64,000 nt of DNA. Origin: Callorhinchus milii (lineage: Eukaryota). Positions 12,846 through 25,849 of the stretch are shown in pieces. Each line of letters starts with the position of its first letter. The first letter of the stretch is position 1. The notes beneath the pieces are model-generated. The model was not told the DNA's origin and did no database searches. It saw only the letters and a list, made by a program, of their open reading frames with translations. Location: contig NW_024704742.1 in assembly GCF_018977255.1 (NCBI RefSeq), positions 96,288,001 to 96,352,000 on the forward strand. The letters are read 5' to 3'. The translations under genes and the position numbers were made by a program.

Positions 12846-14283
12846 TGATGGATGCATAGTGAAAAATAAACAATCAAGACAGTGTAAGGACACTTTCATG
12901 CTCTTCCCTCTTCTGTACCTTATATTCTTTAAATCTGAAAATCTATACTGGCTGGAATCTCATGCTTCTGTTTCTCTCTTGCTCAAGTATGTTGGTTTGT
13001 ATAGAAACTGGAAAATCATTCAACTAATGGAAATCTCTCTGCTAATGCAAAAAACACATGTAACAGAAAGTGAAGAAGGTACAAAAGCACACCTCGTCCC
13101 AAGCAGGCAAGATTCTAATGCACACAAATGCTGTCAACGTTTAGGTCCCCAGATTGCGTATAGCTTCCTGGTTAGAAAGGGATTCTATGCACTTCCTTCC
13201 CAGTAGTGCCATGGTTATGGATACTTTAAAAGGAGGCAAAATATCTAAAATTTATTAACTGATCACGAACTTTTCATAAGTTTCCCGATGCACCATTTGA
13301 ACTTCAGGAGCCTGGGGCTGAATTTTCCGCCTGTCAGGAAATTTACTAGTCTTTGGCAGCACACGTCTATGTATGATAAGATATTCCCATTATAATCAGA
13401 TGCCTTGAAGCCCAAAAGATTTTGTGACAATGGGAAATTAACCCGGATATAACTATTAAGTGGTGTGCCCATTTTAATGTATTAGGTCACCATTCTTGAG
13501 GAAAAATGTTAATGAAAAATTTCTCCTTGGTTCATTGTATTCTAATCTTCACCTAAGAATGCCCAGTCTGCCCTCAGGCCAGAGAATAATAATGGGAAAC
13601 TTTTATAAATATTTCCTGCAGAAACTGTGGGTATTTCATAACATTGAGGNAAAAAATATGTTTTTTGAATACTTTAGTGTCCCTGAAGGTATTGTTAAGC
13701 TACTTAAAACCTCATGAACTTTGAACAGACCCGTCTGGTGGGAGTTGGGCAGTGATATTGTTTTCTCAGCAACTTTGCTTAACTTCATGGTTTCATTGTA
13801 TTTTAAAAGAAGCACAAAAGTGTACCCAAATCTCATTTTAATACCAACAGTAAAATATTTTTCCCTGCTGTTGAGAACTAGAGAGAGGTTGATGGAATTT
13901 AGGAAAGCTGCCTTAATTTTCCCGACAATGAATGAAAACCTAGCGAAAACCAAAAGTCAAAGTGTTTATCATGTGAATGAACTAACTGGCCATTACACAT
14001 GATCCAAGAGGGAAGGCATCAGGCATTCGAGTAGATATGTCCATGAAGACAACTATTCAAGAATGTTAATTCATGCCAAAATTTTTACCCAGTATTGATG
14101 TAGACTGAAATATATTATTTGCACTTAGTAAGCAATTTATTCTGACTCCCCTAGTACGAGACAGGATTCTGTTATATATAGAAATTCAATTATTATAAGA
14201 ACATTGCGTTTCATCTCTGCTGTGCTGAAAATAACAAGGACCAACTCACATTAGGAGTTGTAGGTAAGTAGACAGAGGTCAAT

Positions 14284-14600
14284 TATAATAATAATCCTTG
14301 CATTTCATATTGTGCCTTTCACGTCAAGAGGATGTCTCAAAGTCCTTTACAGAATATACTGTGAAGTTACACAGTAACTGTGTATTTTGTAGGCAAATAC
14401 CACAGCCAATTTGCATACAGGAATTTCCCACCAACAGCCAGGAGCTGAATAATCAGTATTATTTGGCCAGCACACTGGGATAAATTGTGTCATGGGATCT
14501 TTTAACATTCACTTGAACAAATAGACAGAATGGCATCTCCACAATGCAGCAATCCTGCCCTCCCAAGCCTACATTGGAATTTCAGTCTAAGCTATATGAT
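14284..14600 (-). mobile_element. Deu-domain SINE, degraded
   Basis: Tail and catgggatcttttaacattcacttgaac motif. Confidence 0.75.
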
Positions 14601-14627
14601 TTAAAATATTAAAAATATATGATTTTA

Positions 14628-16312
14628 AAATTCAACCCTATCTCTCCCTCCTCCCTCATCGTGACTGTTCGCAAACTCAAACCTACCACCTGCTCCCTCG
14701 ATCCTATCCCCACCTCTCTCCTCATCTCCCAACTCCACTTTCTGGCCCCTCTCCTGCCCAATGTTATCAACTTCTCCTTGTCCACCGGTTCAGTTCCCAT
14801 CCCCAAAAAACACCTGTCATCACCCACATCCTGAAAAAATCTTCCCTGGACCCATCCCTGCTCTCCAGCTACCACTCCATCTCTAACCTCCCATTCCTCT
14901 CCAAGGTCCTGGAACGAGTCGTCATGTCCCAGCTCTGCTCCTTTCTTTCTCTTTGAACCCCTCCAATCCGGCTTCCGCGCTGCCCAGAGCACAGAAACAG
15001 CCCTGGTCAAAGTCATTAATGATATTCTGAACACCTATGATCAGGGCTCCCTCTGCCTCCTTGTCCTCCTCAACCTCTCTGCCGCCTTCGACACTGTCGA
15101 CCACTCCATCCTCATACACCGGCTCTCCGCTTTACTCAATCTTCGCGAACCTGCCCTTGCCTGGTTCGATTCTTATGTCTCTCACCATCTCCCCTTTGTT
15201 GCCTCTAACGGTTTCTCCTCCAGCCCTCGCACTGTCACATCTGGCATCCCCCAGGGCTCTGTCCTTGGCCCTCTCCTCTTTAATATCTACATGCTCCCCC
15301 TTGGTGACATCATCCACAAAGATGGGGTCAACTTCCATATGTATGCGGATGACACCCAACTCTATCTTTCTGCCTCCACCCTCAACTCCATGACCACTGC
15401 TGTCCTGACAGACTGCCTCTCAGACATCAAGTCCTGGATGAGGGCAAATTTCCGACAGTTGAATGTGAACAAGACTGAGGCCCTCCTGATTAGCTCGCGC
15501 CAGCGCCTCAGCACCTCAGGCTCTGGCAGCATTAACCTCCATGGTTGCACACTACAACTCACCAAGCCAGTCAGGAACCCAGGTGTCTTGTTCGACCCTC
15601 AACTGTTTTTTCTTCCCCACATCCAAGCCATGACCCACTCTGCCTTCCCTCACCTCCGTAACATCGCCCGACTCCACCACTGCCTCACCCCTCAGGCCCC
15701 TGAATCTCTTGTTCATGCCTTCATCACCTCCAGGCTCGACTATGCAAATACCCTGCTTGTCGGCCTTCCCAACTCCTCCCTCCACAGGCTGCAGATAATC
15801 CAGAACTCTGCAGCCCGTGTCCTCTCCCGCACCAAACTCCATGACCGCATCTCCTCCACTTTCGCCCGACTCCATTGGCTCCCTATCCTTCAGAGGATCC
15901 AGTTCAAGATCCTGGTCCTCTACTACAAAGCCCTCCATGGCCTCGCCCCAGCCTACCTCTGTGACCTCCTAACCCCCTACCAACTCACCCGCTCCCTCCA
16001 CTCAGCCAGCTCCAGACTGTTCTACGTCCCCCGACGCACCCGCCCCACCATTGGTGGGAGAACCTTCAGCCACTCTGCCCCCAACCTCTGGAATTCCATC
16101 CCCCAGTCATTCCACCTCACCCCCTCCTTAGCCTCCTTCAAGTCGCGCCTCAAAACCCTCCTCTTCGACGATGCCATCGGTCACTCCCCTTCCCCTCCCC
16201 TCCCTTCTCCCCCCCGAACCCAGCTCGGGTCTGAAATGCTGTACACTGTCCAGCACCTTGGGATGTCCTCCCGATGTGATAGGTATGATACAAATTTAAT
16301 CTTGTTGTTGTT
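14628..16312 (+). mobile_element. 5'-truncated L2-clade LINE with decayed reverse transcriptase; 372-aa open stretch at 15291-16409
   Basis: TTCSLDPIPT, QSGFR, LSAAFDTVDH and GIPQGSVLGPLLF-like motifs in shifted frames; HMYADDTQLY, SRLDYAN, LHWLP; (ttg)n tail; no endonuclease domain. Confidence 0.95.
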
Positions 16313-19300
16313 AAAAGTTATAACATGGGACTTACATTACTTTCTTATTATTGCTATAGTAACTACCATTCAGTTGGTGGTATTGACAATGGCTTATTTT
16401 CTTTGCTGACTGTGACTTGAATTTGGGACCACAAATCTACAAGGGCTGATTTTTCCCTTGGTCCTATCCAGTTTGTTGCACCCTTCCCTCCAGCCTTCAT
16501 GGAAAGACTATTTATTGGCTTAATGCTGATGTTAATAGGAAGCAAAAATATAATTGGTGTTGATGCTACAGTAAATGTGCTGATCCAATCTTAGACCATA
16601 AAATACACTGGTGCTGCCACAAAGGGAGCTTGTGCTTCTGCATTAAAGTGAATATTCCATTCATGAGGCGAAAATAAGGATCTTAGGCAGTAATGAATTT
16701 TTTACCAGTGCTGCTCACAATAAATCCACTCTGGGGAAATTTCTGTTTTCTATTTCGGATGTGTCTCTGAAGACCTTATAAATTTGATCTGTCCAGCTAT
16801 TGTTATATTTCTATCATTTGTTCCCAGACATTTTTTTCCCCTGACTTGTTTTGAATGTTTTGTTCAAGCTTTGGTCTGCTTCCTGTAGTGAACCTGCCTC
16901 TTTGATATTATGTTGGAGGCAGACTGAACACATTTTGATTCTTCTTGTCTTGTTAGATGAAGTTCTTAATTGAGTCCATTGCATTGCTCAAATAAACCTA
17001 GAGGGAATTATTACCCTGTTTAAATCTCATGATAAATATTATCCAACAGAGGAAGGAGCTATTGTTGTAGAATTAAATTAGCAAGTTTTGGATAAAGTGA
17101 AATGAATTCCTGCTTCACTCTCTATGTGAGTCCAATTTTGGTTCTTATATGAGACTTAACTATGGTTTCAAATAAATGTCAAGTCTGCAGGAATATTTGC
17201 TATTATCTCTTTTCTTAGCCTCTGCATGTCGCCACAAGCTTCCGGCTAGAGAACCTTGGGAACGAAAGTCAGCTCCTTAGAAAATGAATAAATGAAGGTC
17301 TAGTACCAAGGGATATAACCAGACAGAATGTTATCACTAGGTTAGTTATTGGTATTATAATAGAAGAAAGTACAGAACGAGAAAGCCTAATTTCACCACT
17401 GTATCTACTCCTTTGACACACCTCACTGACGTAGAGCTGCATACCACTCCAGTGGGAAAGTATAACAATAATCACAAAATGAGTTCAGATGGTCCATCTG
17501 ATCTCAGCCCTCCAGAATACTCACCCTTCCATCCATTTAAATACCTCTTTTGAATAAAATGAATTAATCTGTTTAATCTTCATTAACTCATATTACTGTG
17601 TTCCAAAGTTAAATGAATGGAGAAAAAATTGGGAGTCCTTGCAGAAGTCCTGACAAAGCCCTGGATTCCTACTGGAACACAGTATGAGTTTTATTTTGTT
17701 ACATTCCACTGGCTCCAAGATGCTATCCCACATAAATTGAATTAAATAAATGCAAATTGTTGTTGCTGTCCTTTGCATACTCTTCCAAATCCCACACAAT
17801 AATTGTGTTGTTTTATTCCCACCAAACAATCTGACTCCACAGCTGGATAAGTGAACTTTGCCACTGGGTTCCACCGACAGTTGATTTATTCAGGACATTT
17901 GAACGCTGTGAAATATGTAGTAGTTGTGGATAATTTGTGTTATTTTATTGTTATCCAGGGGACTGTATGTTGTGTTTCTCACAGTGGTATGATAAAATTG
18001 TGCTGCTTAAGCAGCAATCAGACCTGTTGATCAAATATTCATTACAGATTTATTTTTAAGAAACTGCAAGGATGGAAGAAATAATGCAGTAAAATATGCA
18101 GTATTCCTTTAGCATACTCCTTAACTTAATTTGAGCCAGTATGAATTATTTCCCCGATTTACAGCGTTTACTGTAAGCTTCCATGCTCACATTAAACATA
18201 TTGCAATACCCTGACCAATATTTTTTTCAGGACAATTTTCAAGTGGCTTTTTACCAAAGACTAAATGAGATCAAATGTCTTGGCCAACAAGTGCAAAATT
18301 ACATAAAAAGCATTACTTCTGAACACTGGAGATTTCCTTACCCATTACAATGTTAATACAGCGATGTGCAGTGATGCTTGTAGTTTTAAAATTAGATGTG
18401 TTGGGGGCTAAAGCCTGTGCCCTGTGAACGTTCTATATTTAGAGTATCTTTTAATTGAAGCTGTGCTCCTGAACTCATTGCTATCAATTTATATGTGCAC
18501 GCACCTTCTTAATGAATAACATAGTAACTGCTGAGCCGTGAAAAACAACATAGCCAAATCTTCTCCATTCCAATGCTACAACAGAAGTGGAAGAGACAAA
18601 GGATTCCAGCCTCGTGGAATAATGGCATTTGTTAAATCCTTGAAGGATATGCCAAATCTTCCTATTAATTTCTGTAGATGCCTACCACAGAAATGACTTA
18701 AAACAAATTACACAGAGCAAGAATGGACCTCACACACACTATTGGAATCAATCACAGACAAGGACCAGTTAAGTCTCTCAATTGTAGGTTCTGCATTAAT
18801 TGCCACACTTAATGTTCAGTGTATGTATGGTGTAGCTCTAGCCAAGGATATGTAAAAATCAATATTTTTTGGATAGATTGTCTATTTTTTTTCTAGGATT
18901 TTGTGAGTAGTAGCTATAATTAATGGCAGAGGCAAAGAATAAAAATCATTAGCTACAATGTCCCCAAAATGCGCTTGAGTCAGTTGAGACATCTACAAAA
19001 CACAATGAAATGTTTTGTGTGAATTCCACCTAGTCTTCACCTTTGAGACCAGTTTGCCTTAATTGGAAGATCATAATACAGTATACATAATATACAATGT
19101 AGTATAGTCTGTGAAACTCTTTGAGACGCAATGATTATTATTATTAATACATACATTTGATATAACACCTTTCAAATTGGGAAGATGTCTCAAAGGGTTT
19201 CATAGGATACAATCTAAAGTGTAGGTACTGTGAATTTTGTAGCTGTTGCTACTGAAAATTAACCTATCAAAACATTTAAAAGGAAATGAATAAATATTTG

Positions 19301-19892
19301 GCAAATAATATAAACGGAGGAGAAAGCACAAAATTGGGATTAGAATAGTTATTTCCAGGGGATAAACTAACATAGTTAACTAACCAAATGGTTAACATTT
19401 GTATTTTAATTTCTATAATTCTACACTTCGTCAGCCTTCTCCTTCATTGATTCATTTTCCATTAAGCCCTTCAAGAGCACACTATGGTGTAAAAATACGC
19501 AGAATTATTTGGCCCCTAATATATTCTAATATGCAGATATCCATTGTATGCTTCAGAGCCAAGCTCATTTAGTCCTTCTACTTTGCAATATACTTGCCTA
19601 AGCCTCAACACCCATGTTGTCAAGCACAAATCTGCTTTGGTTCTCAGCTAACAAGAGCTGTGTAAATTGTTGGATATTGATAGTATTGTAAGTACTCTCT
19701 ACCACAGTGATATTCAACACTACCAGTTTCTGATAACCATCACCAGAGCACTAGATGGAGTGTGGCAAAACAATAATTGGGTTGGATTCAAGGGCAAATA
19801 CCTGTTCTGCATATCAATCATTTCATGTCAACCATTCAGGAATGAACACAAAAACATACTTTTTCTAAATGTTTTACCTCTTAAAGTAAATA

Positions 19893-20640
19893 AAATAATA
19901 ATCCTTACATAGCACTTTTCATATCAGGAGGATATCTCAAAGCATTTCATGGGATATGTCCTAAAGCATGACAGTCGAGGGTTTACACCCAAGCTGAGGG
20001 ATAGATTTTGGAGTGGTGGGAAGATGACCAAAGGCACGGTCAAAGAGGAAGGTCTTGAGATGGATTGAAGGAGGCAAAGGAAGGGGTGAGACAAAGGGAC
20101 TCCTGAATGGAATTCCAGAGGGTGAGGACAAAGAGCCTGATTTCCTGAGGTGAGCAGGATGAGCATGTGAAACAGGCTGGTGTCTGCTGAATTGAGGGGT
20201 TGGTATGGTTTTAGAAGGTCATAGAGGTAGGGTAGGCAAGATCATGGAGAGATTTAAAAGTGAGCATGAGGATCTTGAACTCAATCTTTTAGGGGGATGG
20301 GGAGCCAGTGGAGTCAAGTGAGGATCGGGGTGATAGGATCTTGGAGCCTAGTGCAAGAGAGGACATGAGCTGCAGAGTTTTGAAGGTTTTGCAGTTTGTA
20401 GAGGGAAGTCCAGTGAGCAGGGAGCTAGCATAGTTAAGCCTGAACATGATAAAAGCATGGATGAGGATCTCTGCAGCCTAAGGGGAGAGGTCGTGGCAGA
20501 GGCATGCAATGTTGCAGAAATGAGAAAAAGACGGATACAGGGGTTTAAAGGACAGTTGAGAGTTGAACAAGACACTGAGGGTCCGCACTGGCTCCGTGAA
20601 ATGGAGTGTGTATCCACGTAGATTGATGCTGTCAGCGCCC
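19893..20640 (-). mobile_element. L2 3' fragment
   Basis: Antisense L2 ORF2 C-terminal motifs (aggatcttgaactcaatc, ggagccagtggag). Confidence 0.8.
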
Positions 20641-21414
20641 GTGGTCAGTCTGCTGGCATGGTGGGGGGTGGTTAGTGGGGGGAGGAACCAAGGGACTAAG
20701 AAAAGCAATATAGCATCATGAGAGAGTATGGACCACTAGGAACAGTGCACATTATTAAAAATAAACAAAACAAAATAAATAGTTTTATTGTTAGTGGGTT
20801 TGTGGATAAGTTGTGGTAGTTGCGGACATCAGCATAGAAGGCCACCCCACATCACTGCAATGCATGCATTGACTGGTGGTTGAAATGTAGTAATCAGTGA
20901 CAGATAGTGTTTCTGCTTGTGTGATTCAGTTTATCACTGTAAATGTAAATATAAAAGTCTGAAATAGGGAGTTATTTGAAGAAAGCCATTTGTTTGATGT
21001 TCTAATGGCAGTGTTTCCTGTAGAATACTCCACCTCCTTCCTCAAGATGCCTTGTGCTGCCCTTAAAACAACTTATTATTTTCCATGATTACCTTTAAAA
21101 TAGTGACCTTTATTTTGCATGAAATGCTACATAAATATTATACATTCTGGAGAAGCAGTCAGTTCTGTAGCAATGAAGAGCGATATACCAGCCATCATCA
21201 GCCAATGTCACTTTGTTCAGTTCTAGATTGCTCACTTCAGGTTTCTGACCTATCAAGACATCACAGCTAGTGACCCTTTAAGACACCATAATTACTGCAA
21301 CTATAACTGTTACTGCCCTTGTAATCAGACTGGAAGAGAACAATCACCCCAACACCATTCTGATGGCAAAATCACATCACCAGCACCCTGCATGCATTGC
21401 CAGCGAGAACCAGG

Positions 21415-21452
<38 letters not shown>
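21415..21452. repeat. Compound (TA)n(GA)n microsatellite
   Basis: Directly visible; ggtatata occurs at both ends. Confidence 0.95.
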
Positions 21453-21453
<1 letters not shown>

Positions 21454-23664
21454 GTATATACAGTGCTACTTCAATCTGTGTAGGAGCCAAAATTTTTAAT
21501 ATGAGCACCAGTGAACATACAGGTGGATAAGACTAGATTCTGTGCCTTGTGCGTTTACCTTAGAGACAAGTCTAAAATTAATTCCAATTCTAATCCTACC
21601 ATCCTGTGGTTTGCTTTAATCTACTGTGGAAGGTACAGTCAGTTTATGTCTCAGATAATTAGCAAAGGAGTCAAAGTCCTCTGTCTATTTTATCCGGTCA
21701 GTTTCATTAGTGCAATTATCTATATTAGAGGCAGGATCTTGTGAGAGTGCTGATAGGATCAAAAGCTATGAGGACAAGAGTTCAGCCCAAAGGATGTGTT
21801 GTTTGTTTGTTATAATCCCAGATCAAACAGCAGCGAGAATATCATATCAAATCTCTCTCTGTACTCCTAACACCACAGGGTCATAGCCTGCTGCAGTGCG
21901 CTGGAAACAAAGGAAAACGTGCTGTGCTGTAAGCGGCTTTGTGTGAATCAAAGAGAGTCAGCTCCTCACTATCACCTGGAATTTCACAACGGCTTTGGCA
22001 GAATTTCAAACTTTCCTGTCCTTCATGAATAACGTGATTACCTTCAGCAGCTACCCACAGAAGGCACGTCCATCTCGTACAATGCGTGCTATGAGATACC
22101 ACAGGCTACTCCACTTCATAAAGCCAGTTCTGGTGGAGAATAATTTTGATCCAGATGTGGATTTGCCTATTCATGGCAAAACTATTCAGCTTGGAGGCTT
22201 TCTCTTTTACGTTCAGTCTACCCAGTGACCTGCAGCGACCGTGTACAATTTTATTCTCTATATTTCAGCAGTATCTGACTGTTAGCGTGCACAGTAGATT
22301 AAATGAGCAATCCAAAAGCACAAGGCAGCAAGGTGGAAAAAGGAGCATTGTTTATATATAAAAAGCTATCCTTTTCCTAATGGTAATAATGATTCCTCAA
22401 GGTGTTATACTTGCATAGAGGACACTGAGCTGCCGATAACTTTTAGGCCCTTTAATTAGCCTCCAAAGCCCTATAGCAACTTAAAGCATGTTGAAGCATG
22501 CTGAGTATTAACATATTAATATCCCATGGAGACAAAATAATCCCCGTAAGTGTTAAATGCTTACTTATAGAAGGTGAGAATAAACAAAACATGAGCATCT
22601 TTTACTAACAAGGCTTGTTATGCCTAGGAGTGTTTTGATGATCTATCTGGCTGGTGATTTTTTAATAAATGTTTTTTCTGTTTGATTTTTTTTGTTAGTG
22701 CATATTATAGGAAAATGCGACAGTGCCCAGGAAAGGGCCATTTTTCTTTGCAATGCCTGTCACGTATATTCTCCCATTAACAATGAATTAATACACAACC
22801 GTTGAATACTGAGAAATCTTAGAATACAGTTCAACCTCTTGAAACATATTCTATTTCCTGTGAACGAGAAAGTAGGCACTCATCCCTCCATCTTGATCAA
22901 ATTCAATCCAAATTCACTCATCTGATTATTTATCTGTACTGGTTTGCCCTTCTAAACTATAGCTATACTTTATTTTTAAATTGTACTATGTTTTACAAAT
23001 TAGCCTAATTGAATCGATGATTGTTCTCAAGCAATTCAACAATATAAGGTGAAAACTATGAGACTTGTAATTTATTTGATGTTTGTGTGTCCGTTCCCCC
23101 ACCCCACCCTGCCACCACTTCAATTTCTCACAATAGTCGAGTCCGAAGACGGCTCACAGATTGCAGCACTGGACTGCCAAATACTGAGATATTGACTAAA
23201 TTTAACAATAATAATAATCCTTGCATTTGGTACAGCGTCTTGCATGTTGGGAGGACACCCCAAAGCACTTCACAGGATTTAATCTGAAGTGGAGTGAGTG
23301 ACTTTGCAGTAGTGAAAAATAAAAATTTAAGCAAACCCACATTGCATTCCCTGGGCCGAACGGTCCCATGGTGGCATAATTAGATCACCGCCAGCTTCAT
23401 TGGTGATCGTTGTGATGGCTTTGGGGCAGGGAAGGTCACATCTGCAGCCAGTCTTAGTATTTATCAACCGCTTTTAGTTATCAAATGGCCTCATTGACCG
23501 AATTAATGCACAATGTAATAATTATCATTGCTGATAATTATCACCAGTAATAATTAACACATCACAGGTTGCAATTTTCAAATACATAACTAAGAAGTGT
23601 ACTACAAGGTGAACATGTGGATTGGTTGAGTTCATCACGTATGTCCATGTACTGCTCATGCAAC

Positions 23665-23978
23665 CACTCAGTGGTGAGAGCACTTGCCTTCCAAGCAAGA
23701 TACCTGGGTTAAATTCCAGGCAGGGCAAAACCTTGGGAAAGTTTCCTTACTCCACACGCCTAATAGTAATCTCTCCAAAACAAAACAATAATAAATTGGT
23801 CATTTTCAATCCACAACTGTTTGTGGGACACTGCTGTGTGCAATTGGCTGCAGCATTTCGCCCACAAATATACAGTCAGTTCACTTTACAGTCTATTCTG
23901 TGAAGCGCTTTGAGATGTCGAGAAGACGTGAAAAGTTTTATATCAAATTCAAGAATTATTATTATTATTATTATTATT
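23665..23978 (+). mobile_element. tRNA-Ala-like SINE (short subfamily)
   Basis: ctcagtggtgagagcacttgc...cctgggttaaattccaggcagggc; (ATT)n tail. Confidence 0.9.
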
Positions 23979-24734
23979 GGTATTTGGTAATGTGGAGTGC
24001 TATTTTGGGCAGAGTCTAACTTAAACAAACTTGTAGATTTCTATGTGCAAACACCAAATAGAAAAAAAACCTTACATGGTTAAATGTGTAATTCCTTACA
24101 AGTTTCAGAATGGAGGGGACAAAATAAGCTGCACTATAGAAAGTTTTTAAGTAATATTTGACAATGATTGTGATATTGTAGAGCTTGTGTGCTGCTATAA
24201 GGTGGTAAAATGGGAATAACCAATATTTGTATGGAATTACATTGGTTCTGCCTCAAGCATTGCATTAATACTGGCCATGCCCTTCTATAGCAATGCACCA
24301 TTGCTAATAGGAAAGGGGAATTGGAGATTTTGATTCTTGTAGTTTTGCTACTTTTGCAATTGGATTGTGTTGAATCTATCGATTTTGTGATTAAGCATTG
24401 AAGTAAAACCAGAAGAAATCCTAACTGCTGGATGATGGCTCAGCCCAGGTTTATGGGATACAATGCTTCTGATTAAGCTAAGATGATAAACATAGCTGAT
24501 TCCTTTTATATTCAGTAATTCATCTTACGGCAATCTACACCTTTCATGTAGGATGAATATCTCTAAGTCTTCAGTTTCTATAGCGCACAATAAGGAGGGA
24601 GCAGAGGATGGAAAATAATACAAGATCATAAGTTGACCAAATGCACAAAGAGTTATGTTTTTAAAAGGGTTTAGGCAAAAAAGAGAGACATAGGGTAAAT
24701 TCTACCTAGTTTCAGCCTGTAAAATAATTTTATC

Positions 24735-24885
24735 CTAAAATTTAAGATTGCATAGAATTGAGAAACATTCTTAAATTTAGTCTTAATTTGAAACCTAGCT
24801 CTTTTTAAGAGCTGTAAAAACTGGCTTCTATGTTATGTTTCAATTCAAGAATTTTTCACATTTCTGGGCAATTTTAAATTTTAAG
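24735..24885. repeat. Palindromic (foldback/MITE-like) element
   Basis: taaaatttaagattgc (24736) / gcaattttaaatttta (24868); attcttaaatt / aattcaagaat. Confidence 0.65.
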
Positions 24886-25261
24886 TCAAAATGGTTGCAC
24901 AGGAATACAATCGGTGGCATTTCAAGCCTAAAGAACATGTTGATGATCTGACTTGCAAATGCATAATGGGACAAATTATATCACTGTACAATTATGCCAA
25001 TGTCCAATACTGCAATCAACTGGGACTTGGAAACAATTTGCATACATTAAGACATTTTCTTGTATCCAGACTGCATATATTTCAACTGGAGCATAATTAA
25101 ACAAAAATACAATTTTTTTTATACTTCCCATCTAGATAGACAAGTGGGGAAGAATGGAGAGACAGAAGATGATTTGACTGCTCAAAGATTTTGGAGGATA
25201 TTATTAAATATAAACGGGAGTGGAGGCTAATTGCATTAAGGGAAATTAAGGTATATTTAGG

Positions 25262-25630
25262 TGTCAGCCTGACTCAGTTGGTAGCACTCTCACCTCTAAG
25301 TCAGCAGGTTGTGAATTCAAACCCCAAGTCAAGCTTTTGAACTCAAAGTCTAGGCTGACATTCCAATGCAGTGCTGGATAGATCTGCATTGTTGAAGGTG
25401 CCATCCATCAGATAATAATAATAATCCTTGAATTTGATATAGCATCTTTCATTTCAGGAGAATGTCTCAAAGTGCTTCACAGGAATGACCCAGTCACTAC
25501 GTTTAAAGTAATTCCTATGAAGTGCTTTGAGACATCCTCTTGATGTGAAAGATGCAATGATTTTCCACTGAAGCACTTTAAGATGTCCTCCATGAAAAGC
25601 ATTATGTCAAATACAATGATTCTATTAATA
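25262..25630 (+). mobile_element. Deu-domain SINE with an internal antisense SINE tail
   Basis: Head gtcagcctgactcagttggtagc; inverted tail at 25413-25486. Confidence 0.75.
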
Positions 25631-25849
25631 TTGTGAGGCAGTAAATGCTAGGGGAGGAGAAAACAAAAGAAGATTTAAAGTATAAAGTTGAATACATATT
25701 TATTTATGATATATTTCCTTGGTAATGAGATATTTTTCTTAAATTCTGATTGTTTCATTAATTTTGAATGTGATAACTTTCCCCCTCACCCTCTCTAATA
25801 ATATTAAGGTTAATATTCTTGGATTCCTAGAGAAAATATTTTATAGGCT

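Noticed and set aside
15291..16409. 372-aa RT ORF as an active or domesticated gene
   Set aside because: 5'-truncated L2 with upstream frameshifts and a stop, no endonuclease, no ATG start; the ORF runs through the tail
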